Source of the DNA: a virus
IMG/VR virus record: IMGVR_UViG_3300045988_015366
Span: 1-17,669 of that record
Length of the DNA stretch: 17,669 nt
Direction: 5' to 3' (one strand)
How positions within the stretch are numbered: position 1 is the stretch's first letter; each line of letters begins with the position of its first letter. Below are positions 7,358 to 16,421 of the stretch, in pieces. Made by a program: the position numbers and the translations under genes. The notes beneath the pieces are model-generated. The model was given only the letters and a program-made list of their open reading frames with translations, had not been told where the DNA came from and searched no databases.

Positions 7358-8300
7358 CTTCACCCCCATAGGTTGTTGTGTTCATCTCAGCAAGATAGTC
7401 AGACATGTTCGGAGCAGCATTGTCATCAACAGCCCAGGAACACGAGATATTAAGACCAAACATCTCATTGATCTGTTCGCAAGCAAGTAGCCTTGGTTTC
7501 ATAAACGACTCACGCGACGCAAGAACCTGACCAGAGTTCGCGGCCGCTTCCTCAACCACCATTCGCTCGCGCTTCTCGGAATTGACGTTCATAATTCCAA
7601 GCATTGTGAGCGCTTCACCCCATATCTTGGACTTAGACTCCATATGCTTAATGGAAGAAACAGCACCAGCACCAGCATTCTGGTTGAGCGGAAACACACC
7701 GATCATGTTTGCCAGGTTATCCATAGACATGTTCTCAGTACCCCACACAACGGGCTCACCGTCATAAATCCTAGAAATAAGATTCTGAACAGTGAGACGC
7801 TGGTCCTGGGAACAGGCAACGATCATGGGGTTACGTTCGTTGAGCAGATCAATTTCGATTGTTCTGTCAATCTGTGCAAGTCGTGCAGCATATGATAGAA
7901 CAACGTCGATTTCTGGTTCACGAACTTGGTTGCCCCAGATACATACACTCTCTGAGGCTTTAACCTCGCGGGAGTAGATGCCATTTCGGGACACACGATA
8001 GCCCGTGGGGTTATCCTGGATATCCAATGGGCCTGAAATGGTTGCGGGCATTGCCATAAACATTTCAAACATCGTGTCGAAATAGAAAACAGAGTATGCA
8101 TTATTGAAGATAGTTGCTTCAATGAATCGCGGATCAATCCCATTAGGCAGTCCCTCCCAAGTAAACCGCGAGAGACATTTACCCATTAGTTGACGCCGGT
8201 ACATATGCTCCAACTGAATCTGCCTAACCTCACTCGAAGACGGAGGCTTAAGCATAATCTTATTATAGATTCCGTTCTTAACGTAATCGGTTTTAGCCAT
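7329..8300 (-). CDS. Head-tail connector (portal / upper collar), a phi29 gp10 homolog.
   Basis: The C-terminal block LGIMNVNSEKRERMVVEEAAANSGQ...ACEQINEMFGLN matches phi29 gp10 LGIKNANLEKKERMVTDE...ACEKINELYGLN. Confidence 0.8.
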   Translation of the reverse strand: MAKTDYVKNGIYNKIMLKPPSSSEVRQIQLEHMYRRQLMGKCLSRFTWEGLPNGIDPRFIEATIFNNAYSVFYFDTMFEMFMAMPATISGPLDIQDNPTGYRVSRNGIYSREVKASESVCIWGNQVREPEIDVVLSYAARLAQIDRTIEIDLLNERNPMIVACSQDQRLTVQNLISRIYDGEPVVWGTENMSMDNLANMIGVFPLNQNAGAGAVSSIKHMESKSKIWGEALTMLGIMNVNSEKRERMVVEEAAANSGQVLASRESFMKPRLLACEQINEMFGLNISCSWAVDDNAAPNMSDYLAEMNTTTYGGEDVGNNNDAS

Positions 8301-10488
8301 TTAGTCTCACCTTAACCCGCGTATCAATAAAGTTACGCTTAATGTTCGTCCTACCAATCCTATCAGGCGATCGCCACACAGTCACACCTTTCTCGAAGAT
8401 ACCCCGGATAGTCCCCTTGAAACTCTCAGGAATGTCACCCCTTTCAAGATAGCACTCAACCAGTTTCCAGTAAGTAAACTCAGTCATAAGAGAAAGAGTG
8501 TCGGGAATCTTAACCCAGGTATTCATTGTGTACCCATATCGCAACCAGAACTGACCGATCGCATGCATAGCGTTCTCCGAAATGAATCGCATTCTACAGT
8601 CAATAACAAAACCATGAGCCACCATCGGAGAGACGTATCCCGAAGTCTGTCCTACAACAGCAGGAGGGATAACCTGCATATCTTGACGCTGGGCGTTGAT
8701 TGAAGAAATGGCTGTCTCATAGTCGCCATTAGCAGTGAACTGTGCGAGTTCATAGTTAGTGTCGCGCACGGCCCGCTGCTGAGTCTGACTAATCTGAGAC
8801 GCACCACTAGCCAACTGATTCTGAATATTCGCAGTGGACTGCGCCTGAGAGTTAGAAATCATAGCATTAACCCCGGCAGTAGCCGACTGAGCAATACCCG
8901 CCCCAACAGCCTGTCCATTAAGGCTAAGAGCGCCCCCGAGCGCCATAATTCCACCCTGCGCCGCTTGCACAGTTGCTCTCATGTTATTATAACGCGATTG
9001 AGAATCCGCCATAGCAGAATTACCCCACATAGAGTTCTCCGCACCGGCCGCCGTTGCAGCAATACCCGCGTTAGCAATATCCCGACTAGCAGTAGCCGCG
9101 CGCTGGGCGCGCTGTTGCTGCCACTTGGCATTATTGATTTGTGCTGCTGCTGTGTGGGCGCTGGACGCTAGGGCGTTTAGTGCTGAGTTGTTAACCGCCG
9201 AGAATGTGGGCAGTGATGTGTACCCGGTACACATATCCCATGTTTCACCAATTTCCTCACTGACCTTTCCGTCTCGAATATCCAAAACATTCCCGCCGAC
9301 CACGCTGTTGTAGTCCCTGAGTGTGAAAAACACCGCGGGATTAGGAGGTGCGATATGTGAATACTGTCGAATCTTAAGGCCAGGAGTTTTAACGGACTCG
9401 GGGCGGAATTCAACGGGATTGCCCGAGTAGGTAGTCAACTCGAGAATGCAGTATGGGGCTGTAGCGAATTTTTTAAACTGGCGATATTCCTCCGGGACGT
9501 ATTGTAGTAGTTCGTCTCGGAAATTGGCGTCGTTAAGAGAATAGTCCTTGGTGATATAAATGGAAGACTTGTTCATGATAGACCAAGTACCAACGTTCCC
9601 CCCGTCTCCCACGGGAACAGGGCTTCCGGCATTCAGGTCAACGACTTCCTTGGGAATTAGTGTGATGGAACCAATTCCTTGGGCAACCCAAGGAAACTTG
9701 CTTAAACCCAACATTCCTTGCTTAAACTGGTCATAACTGCAAGCATAAATATTAACCCCATTAGGCAATCCCTCGGCATTACTAGGAAAGGCAACATTCA
9801 CCTTAGGGTTGCTTTCACTTCCATAACCCTGATTCTTGTCAAGGTTAATTGTGGAAGTAACGACAACAGAATAATCCTGCTCGTGTACCCTAGAGAGAGT
9901 TTTCCGGTACGTCCGAATAATGCGGTGCTCACCGCCGAGATCTAGTCCCTCAGGTTGAGTCAACCACTTCCGACCATAACTCTCATTTGAGTCAACAGCG
10001 GCAACACCCATATGTCCCCGCTCAAGATAGGCGTACCCGAAACTAATGCGAGAGTAGTAAGTAGACCACACATCAAGTTGGAGAGTCAACTGGGTGGTGT
10101 TGGGCGCAACATAGTCAATCGACGTGATGAAGTAGAAAAACGTGGTAGGAGTGTACCCCTCAAAACCGGGCATGTCCGCAGGCTTACCGGGATTTTCAAC
10201 CATCACATAGTTAAACTGGTTCGCAACACTGAACGGTGTAGGAATACGGATAGGACGCCCCTGCGCAAGGTAAGTCATCTTAGACAACTCAACCTTATTC
10301 CGCTTAGGCAAAGACCGCACATAATCCCTCGGAGTCCTACCGTACGTGCTCCAATCAATAATGTCGCGGTACGTGTTATCAAAAGGGACATTAACCATGG
10401 AAAGCAAAGTCCCTGCAGACCATACAGAATAATCAAACGAAAGACCTGCGTTAGTCTCAGGGGGCATATCGTAAATCTGATTCGGCAT
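8293..10488 (-). CDS. Tail knob / distal tube protein, a phi29 gp9 homolog. The true start is the ATG at 10488 (MPNQIYDM), preceded by AGGAGGA. The track's upstream extension translates a hairpin.
   Basis: The N-terminus VPFDNTYRDIIDW matches gp9 VPFSNDYKNTRWF. The C-terminus FWLRYGYTMNTWVK...IRGIFEKGVTVWRSPDRIG matches gp9 FFHKYGYKINRVKK...IRTIFDNGITLWHTDNIG. Confidence 0.85.
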   Translation of the reverse strand: MPNQIYDMPPETNAGLSFDYSVWSAGTLLSMVNVPFDNTYRDIIDWSTYGRTPRDYVRSLPKRNKVELSKMTYLAQGRPIRIPTPFSVANQFNYVMVENPGKPADMPGFEGYTPTTFFYFITSIDYVAPNTTQLTLQLDVWSTYYSRISFGYAYLERGHMGVAAVDSNESYGRKWLTQPEGLDLGGEHRIIRTYRKTLSRVHEQDYSVVVTSTINLDKNQGYGSESNPKVNVAFPSNAEGLPNGVNIYACSYDQFKQGMLGLSKFPWVAQGIGSITLIPKEVVDLNAGSPVPVGDGGNVGTWSIMNKSSIYITKDYSLNDANFRDELLQYVPEEYRQFKKFATAPYCILELTTYSGNPVEFRPESVKTPGLKIRQYSHIAPPNPAVFFTLRDYNSVVGGNVLDIRDGKVSEEIGETWDMCTGYTSLPTFSAVNNSALNALASSAHTAAAQINNAKWQQQRAQRAATASRDIANAGIAATAAGAENSMWGNSAMADSQSRYNNMRATVQAAQGGIMALGGALSLNGQAVGAGIAQSATAGVNAMISNSQAQSTANIQNQLASGASQISQTQQRAVRDTNYELAQFTANGDYETAISSINAQRQDMQVIPPAVVGQTSGYVSPMVAHGFVIDCRMRFISENAMHAIGQFWLRYGYTMNTWVKIPDTLSLMTEFTYWKLVECYLERGDIPESFKGTIRGIFEKGVTVWRSPDRIGRTNIKRNFIDTRVKVRLNG

Positions 10489-10503
10489 ACATCCTCCTAA
10501 CAA

Positions 10504-10536
10504 GCAAGGCCCCAACCCTATCGGCTGGGGCCTTGC
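10504..10536 (-). terminator. Hairpin with an 11-bp GC-rich stem (GCAAGGCCCCA / TGGGGCCTTGC) and an 11-nt loop, directly after the capsid gene stop and before the tail-knob SD. TTGTT follows on the transcript.
   Basis: Perfect inverted repeat seen directly. Its position after the most abundant structural gene suggests a partial terminator or attenuator. Confidence 0.45.
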
Positions 10537-10551
10537 TCTATTGTAGCACGG

Positions 10552-11919
10552 TCACTTCTTGACCTGAATACTAATCTCCTTGTTCGCAGGCTTATTACCG
10601 TTAAGCCCCTTGGTGTCAACATTCACACCAAGAGTAAGGAAAGCCTCAGGCTCATCCGGTCCGATAGTAATAACACCATCATTGCTAACCTTAGTTCCCT
10701 TAGACTTGGCGTTCTTAAGGTACCAATCCGTCGCATAGCCCTTATTCGCGGGCGCAGTCTTCCACTGAATAGCCGCCTGACGAACAGCGCCCGGAGGCAT
10801 AATCGTGGACTGAGTTCCGTCAGGACGACTCACCGTGAGGTTCGCGATCTCGGCGTTAGTCTCAGCCTTAGGCGTCACCACAATCGTGTTCGGCTTAGTT
10901 CCGAACGCGATCGCCGGAGTAAACGGTGAAGCGCTCAAAACGGACCAATGGTGCAACCAATAGTTGTCATACAGTCCCTCGGGGTTAGAGATACTCCGGT
11001 TCTCAAGGAGCAGGTCCTTGATGACGAAGAACTGTTTACTGGTGAGGATGGCGGAAGTGTCATCCATTCCCATAACCTCGGAAGGAACAGTGATGATATG
11101 AGACGGCGCCTCAGCATCACTACGGTTGAAAGCCGCGGCCAGCGAGGTCACGTCAACGTTCGCCTTAAACTCGGGAGTTGCAATAAGCACCAGGTCCTCA
11201 GGGCGGGCAAAAGAGTGAACACCGGCCGAGTTGAATGCTGGCGTTGGATACATCATTTTATTCGCCGCAACTCGAAGGGCCTTGAGCGCCGTGTCAACCT
11301 TATCCTTATTCACCTCAAACTGGTTGAGGTCAGCGATCTGCATCCTGAAGAAACCAAACGAATCATCGTAGGTCTTGAACAGGCGCGTCATGTACAAGAA
11401 CTCCGACCACTCATCAGAAGACGCGGCCACAGACATAATCTGAGAAATCATCTCAGAAAGACCGTTATCCGAAAGAAAAGCCCTACGGAGAACGTCGCGG
11501 TTAAACGTAATCTTAAACTTCTCCTTGCGGTTAAGAGTGTGGAAAGCACTCTTAGCCGGGGGAGGGGCCTGCCCGAAGACGTCGCGCTCGAGATAGTCGC
11601 GCTGCTCTTCGTAAATGGTGGGCTTAATGAAGTCAAGGTGAACCTCTTCAATTGTGTCACCGAAGTTCATCATTCCCTGCTTAAAAACAGCTAGCGGGTT
11701 CTTCCACGAAATGTCTCGGACGATGGTAGAACCAATGCGGTTAATCATGGCTGACATAAACTCATTTCGAGTAATGTTGTCAGACATGATTCCGGCGATA
11801 GTCTCCTGGATATTGGCCTTAGTGGCCTCAGGAACCATGTTCTGGTAGTCATAGCGCGCATCGCTTCGGATGGCGTTAAGAATATCAATGTTAGTAGTGT
11901 CGTCACGCAACTGGGGCAT
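10552..11919 (-). CDS. Major capsid protein, a phi29 gp8 homolog. It likely carries a C-terminal Ig-like surface domain.
   Basis: Shared blocks with phi29 gp8 (NPL..FK.G....TIEE near the N-terminus; NPEGLYDNYWLHHWSVLSASPF against gp8 [22 protein letters not shown]). It follows the scaffold gene. Confidence 0.85.
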   Translation of the reverse strand: MPQLRDDTTNIDILNAIRSDARYDYQNMVPEATKANIQETIAGIMSDNITRNEFMSAMINRIGSTIVRDISWKNPLAVFKQGMMNFGDTIEEVHLDFIKPTIYEEQRDYLERDVFGQAPPPAKSAFHTLNRKEKFKITFNRDVLRRAFLSDNGLSEMISQIMSVAASSDEWSEFLYMTRLFKTYDDSFGFFRMQIADLNQFEVNKDKVDTALKALRVAANKMMYPTPAFNSAGVHSFARPEDLVLIATPEFKANVDVTSLAAAFNRSDAEAPSHIITVPSEVMGMDDTSAILTSKQFFVIKDLLLENRSISNPEGLYDNYWLHHWSVLSASPFTPAIAFGTKPNTIVVTPKAETNAEIANLTVSRPDGTQSTIMPPGAVRQAAIQWKTAPANKGYATDWYLKNAKSKGTKVSNDGVITIGPDEPEAFLTLGVNVDTKGLNGNKPANKEISIQVKK

Positions 11920-11921
11920 AA

Positions 11922-12953
11922 TCAGTTATCCTTAAACAGATCGGTAATTGACTTGGGGTTCCAACCGGAATCGGGAACCTTGCTATTCTCATTGTCTGAC
12001 CTGGAAAACAGGCCAGACAATCCTGCCAACGTCTTTCCAGTGCTCTTTGCGGCCTCCGTATCAATGTCTAGTGCATCAACTATAGCATTTCCAGCGTCCT
12101 TCGCAGCAGTACCCGCCGTTCCAGCCGCCGCCTTACCCACGGTACCCAGGTCCCTGCCTACCCTCTCGGCCGTGTCCTTAGTGTTGTTCAAGGTTGCCTT
12201 AACGTCGTCCAGTCGCATCTCCTTGGACTCAGGAACATCATCCCCCGCATAAGGGTTATTGAGTTCCCTGTCGGTTGGCTCAAGGGCTTGACCTAGATTG
12301 GCCTCAAGTTCTGACTGGAGTTTAGATACCTTCTCACCGAAAACTTCAGTGAGTTTCTGCCACGCTTCTTTAGTGTCAGCAAACGGGTCTTTCTTCTCTT
12401 CCTCAGGAACAATGGGATCGCCCGGCTTATTGTTTCCTTTTTCCGAAGAAACCTCAATGCCATCACCATCAGTGTCCCCAGGATCATGAGCCTGCGCGCC
12501 CTGGTGGTCCTTGGGGTCTTCGCCCATTGCGCGCCACTCTTCGTCAGTGCGCTGACCACCATTCTGATTCTGAGCTGCTTCGGCGGCCTTCTTAGGATTA
12601 GCGAGGTCATCGGGATTCTTAGGTGTTACGCCCTTATTGGCTTCGTGCCGCGCCTTCTGTTCGGCCTTGGCCTTCTCCATCCCCGCCGCTTCCTTGGCGG
12701 CCTCCTTGTCCTCCTTCTCCCGTTCCTTGCCAAGTCCTTCCTGGACGCGTGAATTAACGTCACCCGCGAACTTACCAGGGTCCTTAACAATCTCCTTTAC
12801 TGAGGGTTTAGCGGCCTCCTTGGCCTTGGCTTCATTCTTTTTCTGTTGATACAGTTTCTCACCAAGAATTCGCCTATTGCGATCATCCTGGGCTTTATTA
12901 ACTTCATTCTGCAGGCGCACTCTCTGTGCGTAGTCGTTTTCTTTCTTTGCCAC
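11922..12953 (-). CDS. Putative scaffolding protein: highly charged, Lys/Glu/Ala-rich and low-complexity.
   Basis: Composition, and position immediately upstream of the capsid gene (the phi29 gene 7 slot). GTG start with AGGAGGAATT upstream. Confidence 0.5.
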   Translation of the reverse strand: MAKKENDYAQRVRLQNEVNKAQDDRNRRILGEKLYQQKKNEAKAKEAAKPSVKEIVKDPGKFAGDVNSRVQEGLGKEREKEDKEAAKEAAGMEKAKAEQKARHEANKGVTPKNPDDLANPKKAAEAAQNQNGGQRTDEEWRAMGEDPKDHQGAQAHDPGDTDGDGIEVSSEKGNNKPGDPIVPEEEKKDPFADTKEAWQKLTEVFGEKVSKLQSELEANLGQALEPTDRELNNPYAGDDVPESKEMRLDDVKATLNNTKDTAERVGRDLGTVGKAAAGTAGTAAKDAGNAIVDALDIDTEAAKSTGKTLAGLSGLFSRSDNENSKVPDSGWNPKSITDLFKDN

Positions 12954-12968
12954 AATTCCTCCTAAAAA

Positions 12969-13000
12969 GGTAGGCTAGGAACTTACGTTCCTAGCCTACC
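12969..13000 (-). terminator. Canonical intrinsic terminator on the minus strand. The stem is a perfect 14 bp (GGTAGGCTAGGAAC / GTTCCTAGCCTACC) with a 4-nt loop, followed on the transcript by TTTTT and then directly by AGGAGGAATTGTG of the scaffold gene.
   Basis: Seen directly. It separates the replication/early block from the structural block on the same strand. A 14-bp perfect palindrome could also be a protein operator. Confidence 0.65.
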
Positions 13001-13094
13001 ACAATACCCAACTATCTGAAAGTGATCCTGAGGGGTGCTACCCAACCGAGCAAGGCCCAGTTCATTAGGTTGCTTCCTCGCAATCGGTCAGAAC

Positions 13095-13262
13095 TCACTT
13101 AGCAGACTTGGGAGCATTCTTGGCGAGATACTCAATAACCGCCGCCTCAACAATCTCCGAAGAATCCTTGCGAAGAACCCAGTGCATCTCTTCGAGATCA
13201 GCAACAACAGACTTGGAGAGACGGAACTTAACAGTGGTGTGAGTAGAAACAGGACGTGCCAT
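13095..13262 (-). CDS. 55-aa ribbon-helix-helix (CopG/Arc/MetJ-like) DNA-binding protein: MARPVSTHTTVKFRLSKSVVADLEEMHWVLRKDSSEIVEAAVIEYLAKNAPKSAK. It is absent from the ORF track because it is short.
   Basis: Translated by hand. It shows the classic beta-strand (VKFRLS), helix (LEEMHWVLRKD) and second helix (EIVEAAVIEYL) pattern. It starts 15 nt after the polymerase stop. Confidence 0.6.
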   Translation of the reverse strand: MARPVSTHTTVKFRLSKSVVADLEEMHWVLRKDSSEIVEAAVIEYLAKNAPKSAK

Positions 13263-13276
13263 GATGATTACCAACC

Positions 13277-14977
13277 TTAATCAATCTTGAGTGTGAATGT
13301 TGTATCCTTGAGGACTGTTCCCCCAGGAACCCTTACGGGAATCAGTTTACCATTCCAAGAACCGCCGCGCAACATGTCATCTAGCGTAAGTGTTGCTGCC
13401 ACGTTCCGGGGCATCCCCGCAATGTGTACATCTAGTTTACCATCAATTTCCTCTGCGTATTGCTTCGCGCGAATGTAGACCGATTTTGTGAAAGAACTCT
13501 CATGCTTCCAAGCGCCCAGTTCTACAGGGTCAACCCACAGTGAGTCCGGGGGAGTGGTAGGACCAATCAGGTGCAAAGAGTCTGTATCGGCGTACGCGAA
13601 GGTTTCATAGTTATCTTGTGCTGCGCTGATAGTTTTCTTCCGAGCGTATGCAGTAATGAAAACACCCATCGGAGTGTAAACAGGGTCACGCGTCTCCGGT
13701 TCATTCATTACTAGTGAGACTCTGTTATCTTTTAGTTCAGGGTGTTTTCCAGTAATGTCGGGGTTAGTTGCGAACTTTCCATACAAACTGTTTAGATGTA
13801 GTTTTGCGATTTGCCGCAATCCACCTGTACTGTTTTTCTTAATCTCCATAAAATGATCAACATAATTGTCGAAAAATCCGTGTGAGCCGCGAAACTCAAA
13901 CGTTCCATTCCATGAATAAATCTTAAAGTCATAATGTTTTTTCCACAATTCAATATCGATGTTTGTTGCTACAACAGTTGTTGGTTCAGGAACATCTTCA
14001 AGGTACTGTGTTGGATTAAAGGATAGATTCTTTTTAATCTGAATGCAGGGAATGTGGTTGGGTTTAAGTTTTGCTGTAAACGTGATTGAAGCAATATATA
14101 GTGGACGATCTGTTCTAGGGGCGCCCTCCGAGTAGATCGGGTCTCCGTAGGGGAGTAGAGCCGTTCGCATAACAGAGGGATATAGAGAGTTGACGTCATA
14201 CACGCTTCCGACGCCATTCAGTTTCTTTGAGAATCTAGGGTCCGCATAAGTGAATCCGCCACGATATGCTTTTCTGATTTCTGTATCGATCCCGGGTGAG
14301 AGGATTGGGAATCGACGAATGAAAAGTTTCCCCGTCATCTTCTTGTAAGTAGCCAGCGAATCACTACCCGCCGTCAACTTCGTCATCTTCTCTGCAAACT
14401 GAACCTCGAGTGCTTGAGCAACAATCGCAACGTCATTCCGTTGATAGTGTTTCTCTTGCTCTGTAGGAATATATCCTATTGGGCGATGCTTTTCATAGTC
14501 GATCTCTAGTTTCTGGTCATGTAGGTTGAATGCCTTAGCGATTGCTGAAACAGACATAGGCAATTTCTTAAACGAATCTCGAAACTCAACCCTATACCCT
14601 GTCTCAAAAACCACAGTAATTGAATAATACTTCCCCATGCGAGAAATCAAGGAAGTAAATTCCTTCACCCCAGGTGAGTCCTTAGTCCACCTATATCCAT
14701 GCTTAAGCAACCAATCCAGAATGAATGTGCCATCAAAAGCGAGGTTGTGGAAATAAATGTGGGCCGCGCGTTCAGAGATGTGAGACATAAACCCATCAAG
14801 GCTAGTCCCGTCAACATAGTTCTGTAGTTTGCCTACCTGAATAATGCCCCAAGACCATACACGACAATCTTCCTCAACCGTAGTCGTCTCAAAGTCTGCA
14901 CAAAACGAAGGGACCTTCTTGTGGCTACGCCTAACGCCGGCCCTTACGGGCCTTGCGCTTGTTGATTGGCGAACCAC
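13277..14977 (-). CDS. Protein-primed family-B DNA polymerase, phi29 gp2-like.
   Basis: Exo I CADFETTT, Exo II YFHNLAFDGTFIL, Exo III YQRNDVAIV, motif A YDVNSLYPSVM, motif B KLHLNSLYGKF, motif C YADTDS, and a KQY motif. It is collinear with the phi29 DNAP, including the TPR-like insertions. GTG start with GGAGGA 8 nt upstream. It overlaps the terminal protein gene's 3' end by 47 nt in another frame. Confidence 0.95.
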   Translation of the reverse strand: MVRQSTSARPVRAGVRRSHKKVPSFCADFETTTVEEDCRVWSWGIIQVGKLQNYVDGTSLDGFMSHISERAAHIYFHNLAFDGTFILDWLLKHGYRWTKDSPGVKEFTSLISRMGKYYSITVVFETGYRVEFRDSFKKLPMSVSAIAKAFNLHDQKLEIDYEKHRPIGYIPTEQEKHYQRNDVAIVAQALEVQFAEKMTKLTAGSDSLATYKKMTGKLFIRRFPILSPGIDTEIRKAYRGGFTYADPRFSKKLNGVGSVYDVNSLYPSVMRTALLPYGDPIYSEGAPRTDRPLYIASITFTAKLKPNHIPCIQIKKNLSFNPTQYLEDVPEPTTVVATNIDIELWKKHYDFKIYSWNGTFEFRGSHGFFDNYVDHFMEIKKNSTGGLRQIAKLHLNSLYGKFATNPDITGKHPELKDNRVSLVMNEPETRDPVYTPMGVFITAYARKKTISAAQDNYETFAYADTDSLHLIGPTTPPDSLWVDPVELGAWKHESSFTKSVYIRAKQYAEEIDGKLDVHIAGMPRNVAATLTLDDMLRGGSWNGKLIPVRVPGGTVLKDTTFTLKID

Positions 14978-16007
14978 TGAAATCGTCCTCCGGTTTAATC
15001 TGGATTGAATGAATCTCCTTCAAGAGATTCTTAATGCCGCTGTTTGAATCTTCGACGTCTTCGTAATATAAATCTTCTCCCGCTCTACGTTTCTCGAAAT
15101 ACCCTTCTTTTGCTGCCTCATACTGCAAAGATAGTTGGTTGGCAAAATCGGCATTAACTGTCCACATTAGCCATAGCACGTCATCGGGAATATCTGTAAG
15201 AATGTCATACAGGTCAGGGTCACCAATAACATCAAGCATTGCCGCGATTTGTTTCTTAGCGTTAGTCAATTTCTGTTTCTTACCCTTAGCAGTTATGTCA
15301 CGCAAAACCTGATTGGTTTTCTCGCGCATTGCCTCAGCCGACTCAAAATTAACAGATCGCTTATCAGGATTCATTCGCTCAAGGGCGTAATGTGAACCAC
15401 CATCGAGATAGGTTTTCTTTGGACGAAAATCTCTAATCCAATCACCCACGCTAGCGTCACCTAATTGGGGGAGGTGTGTTCCCGAAACAGATTTCTCGTA
15501 AGCATCTATGTCTGCATTATAGCGTCGCACAGCATCACGATAACGACGAACGTCCTTAGCAGAGATGGGATTACCATGACGGTCACTATAATACCAAACA
15601 CTACTAGAATTATTAAACTCACTAAGACGCTCAAGTTCTCTCGAAGCATTCTTTAACGTAACCTTTCCTACCGCAGACTTACCCAACGGATCAAACTTAG
15701 TCCCACGAATATCCGCCCCGTCATCACTGGTGGCCATCCGATACATTTTTCTGATAGCCCTATCGCGCTCAACCTGAAGCATCTCACGCGCCTTATCCAA
15801 CTCAGACCTATGCTGTTCACGTTGACTCGCCTTAGCCGACTTGATCCGAGAACCACCCTGTTCCTCAGAAAGCGTATCCGGCAAAGGATTAAAAGAAAGA
15901 GAACCAACAAACGACCTAATATCATTCGCAGTATTCCGAACATTCTTCGCACCACGCTTAAACGCCCTATAATGCCTACCCCAATGAGACCTAACCAAAC
16001 CAATCAC
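14931..16007 (-). CDS. Putative terminal protein, the replication primer.
   Basis: It sits immediately upstream of the polymerase and overlaps it, as phi29 gene 3 does with gene 2. It is basic with a helical N-terminal half. A TP is required given the ITRs and a protein-primed polymerase. The start is uncertain: GTG at 16007 or TTG at 15998. Confidence 0.5.
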   Translation of the reverse strand: MIGLVRSHWGRHYRAFKRGAKNVRNTANDIRSFVGSLSFNPLPDTLSEEQGGSRIKSAKASQREQHRSELDKAREMLQVERDRAIRKMYRMATSDDGADIRGTKFDPLGKSAVGKVTLKNASRELERLSEFNNSSSVWYYSDRHGNPISAKDVRRYRDAVRRYNADIDAYEKSVSGTHLPQLGDASVGDWIRDFRPKKTYLDGGSHYALERMNPDKRSVNFESAEAMREKTNQVLRDITAKGKKQKLTNAKKQIAAMLDVIGDPDLYDILTDIPDDVLWLMWTVNADFANQLSLQYEAAKEGYFEKRRAGEDLYYEDVEDSNSGIKNLLKEIHSIQIKPEDDFSGSPINKRKARKGRR

Positions 16008-16032
16008 CCCCTGCCCCCTAAGGGGCAGGGGG
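16007..16032 (-). terminator. All-GC hairpin with an 11-bp stem (CCCCCTGCCCC / GGGGCAGGGGG) and a 4-nt loop, followed on the transcript by UGAUUGGUUUGGUU. It lies between the SSB and terminal protein genes and abuts or overlaps the terminal protein start codon.
   Basis: Seen directly. It could terminate or attenuate after the abundant SSB, or sequester the terminal protein ribosome-binding site. Confidence 0.5.
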
Positions 16033-16055
16033 CAACTAGTATCCTACAGGACCAC

Positions 16056-16421
16056 TCAGGCCAGCGTCACCGTCGTGTACTCACGACCACGACCAGACTT
16101 CGCCGAACCAATCTCAACAGCCACCGGCTCCGGCCACGACTTAACATCACCCAGAATATCCACAAGCCGCTGAATCTGGGCAACAACCGTCTGAGACGAC
16201 GTGCCGAACGCATTACCGTCCTTGTCAATCACAGTGATAGCCCGACGCGTCTCAACTTCACCAGTGTCCGTGTCAACAACATCATCCTCCGTGATAACAA
16301 TATCCTTGATTTCAATCGTCTTACCGCGCAGTTCCTTAAAAGAAACCGCCGAGTTCTGGGCCGTGAAAAAGGCCTTCTTGCCAGCGAAGTCATCAGAGAG
16401 AGAAGAGTAAACAACAGCCAT
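16056..16421 (-). CDS. Single-stranded DNA-binding protein, phi29 p5-like. The likely start is the ATG at 16421 (MAVVYSS), preceded by AAAGGAAA.
   Basis: Along-length similarity to phi29 p5. FFTAQNSAVSFKELRGKTIEI matches IFNAQTGGGQSFKNLPDGTII. VIDKDGNAFGTSSQTV matches IFAADGSLYSAISKTV. The C-terminus VAVEIGSAKSGRG matches VKVVQGTSSKGNV. Confidence 0.6.
   Translation of the reverse strand: MAVVYSSLSDDFAGKKAFFTAQNSAVSFKELRGKTIEIKDIVITEDDVVDTDTGEVETRRAITVIDKDGNAFGTSSQTVVAQIQRLVDILGDVKSWPEPVAVEIGSAKSGRGREYTTVTLA

Noticed and set aside
10489-10515. N-terminal extension MGPCLLGGC of the tail-knob ORF
   Set aside because: It is the translation of the 10504-10536 hairpin. The downstream ATG at 10488 has a perfect AGGAGGA SD and aligns with the phi29 gp9 N-terminus.
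10948-11694. 248-aa plus-strand ORF
   Set aside because: Antisense to the major capsid gene. Arg/Leu-rich composition typical of spurious reverse frames.
13035-13280. 81-aa plus-strand ORF
   Set aside because: Overlaps and is antisense to the hand-translated 55-aa RHH gene, which has a clear structural motif, and to the terminator region. The minus-strand reading is preferred.
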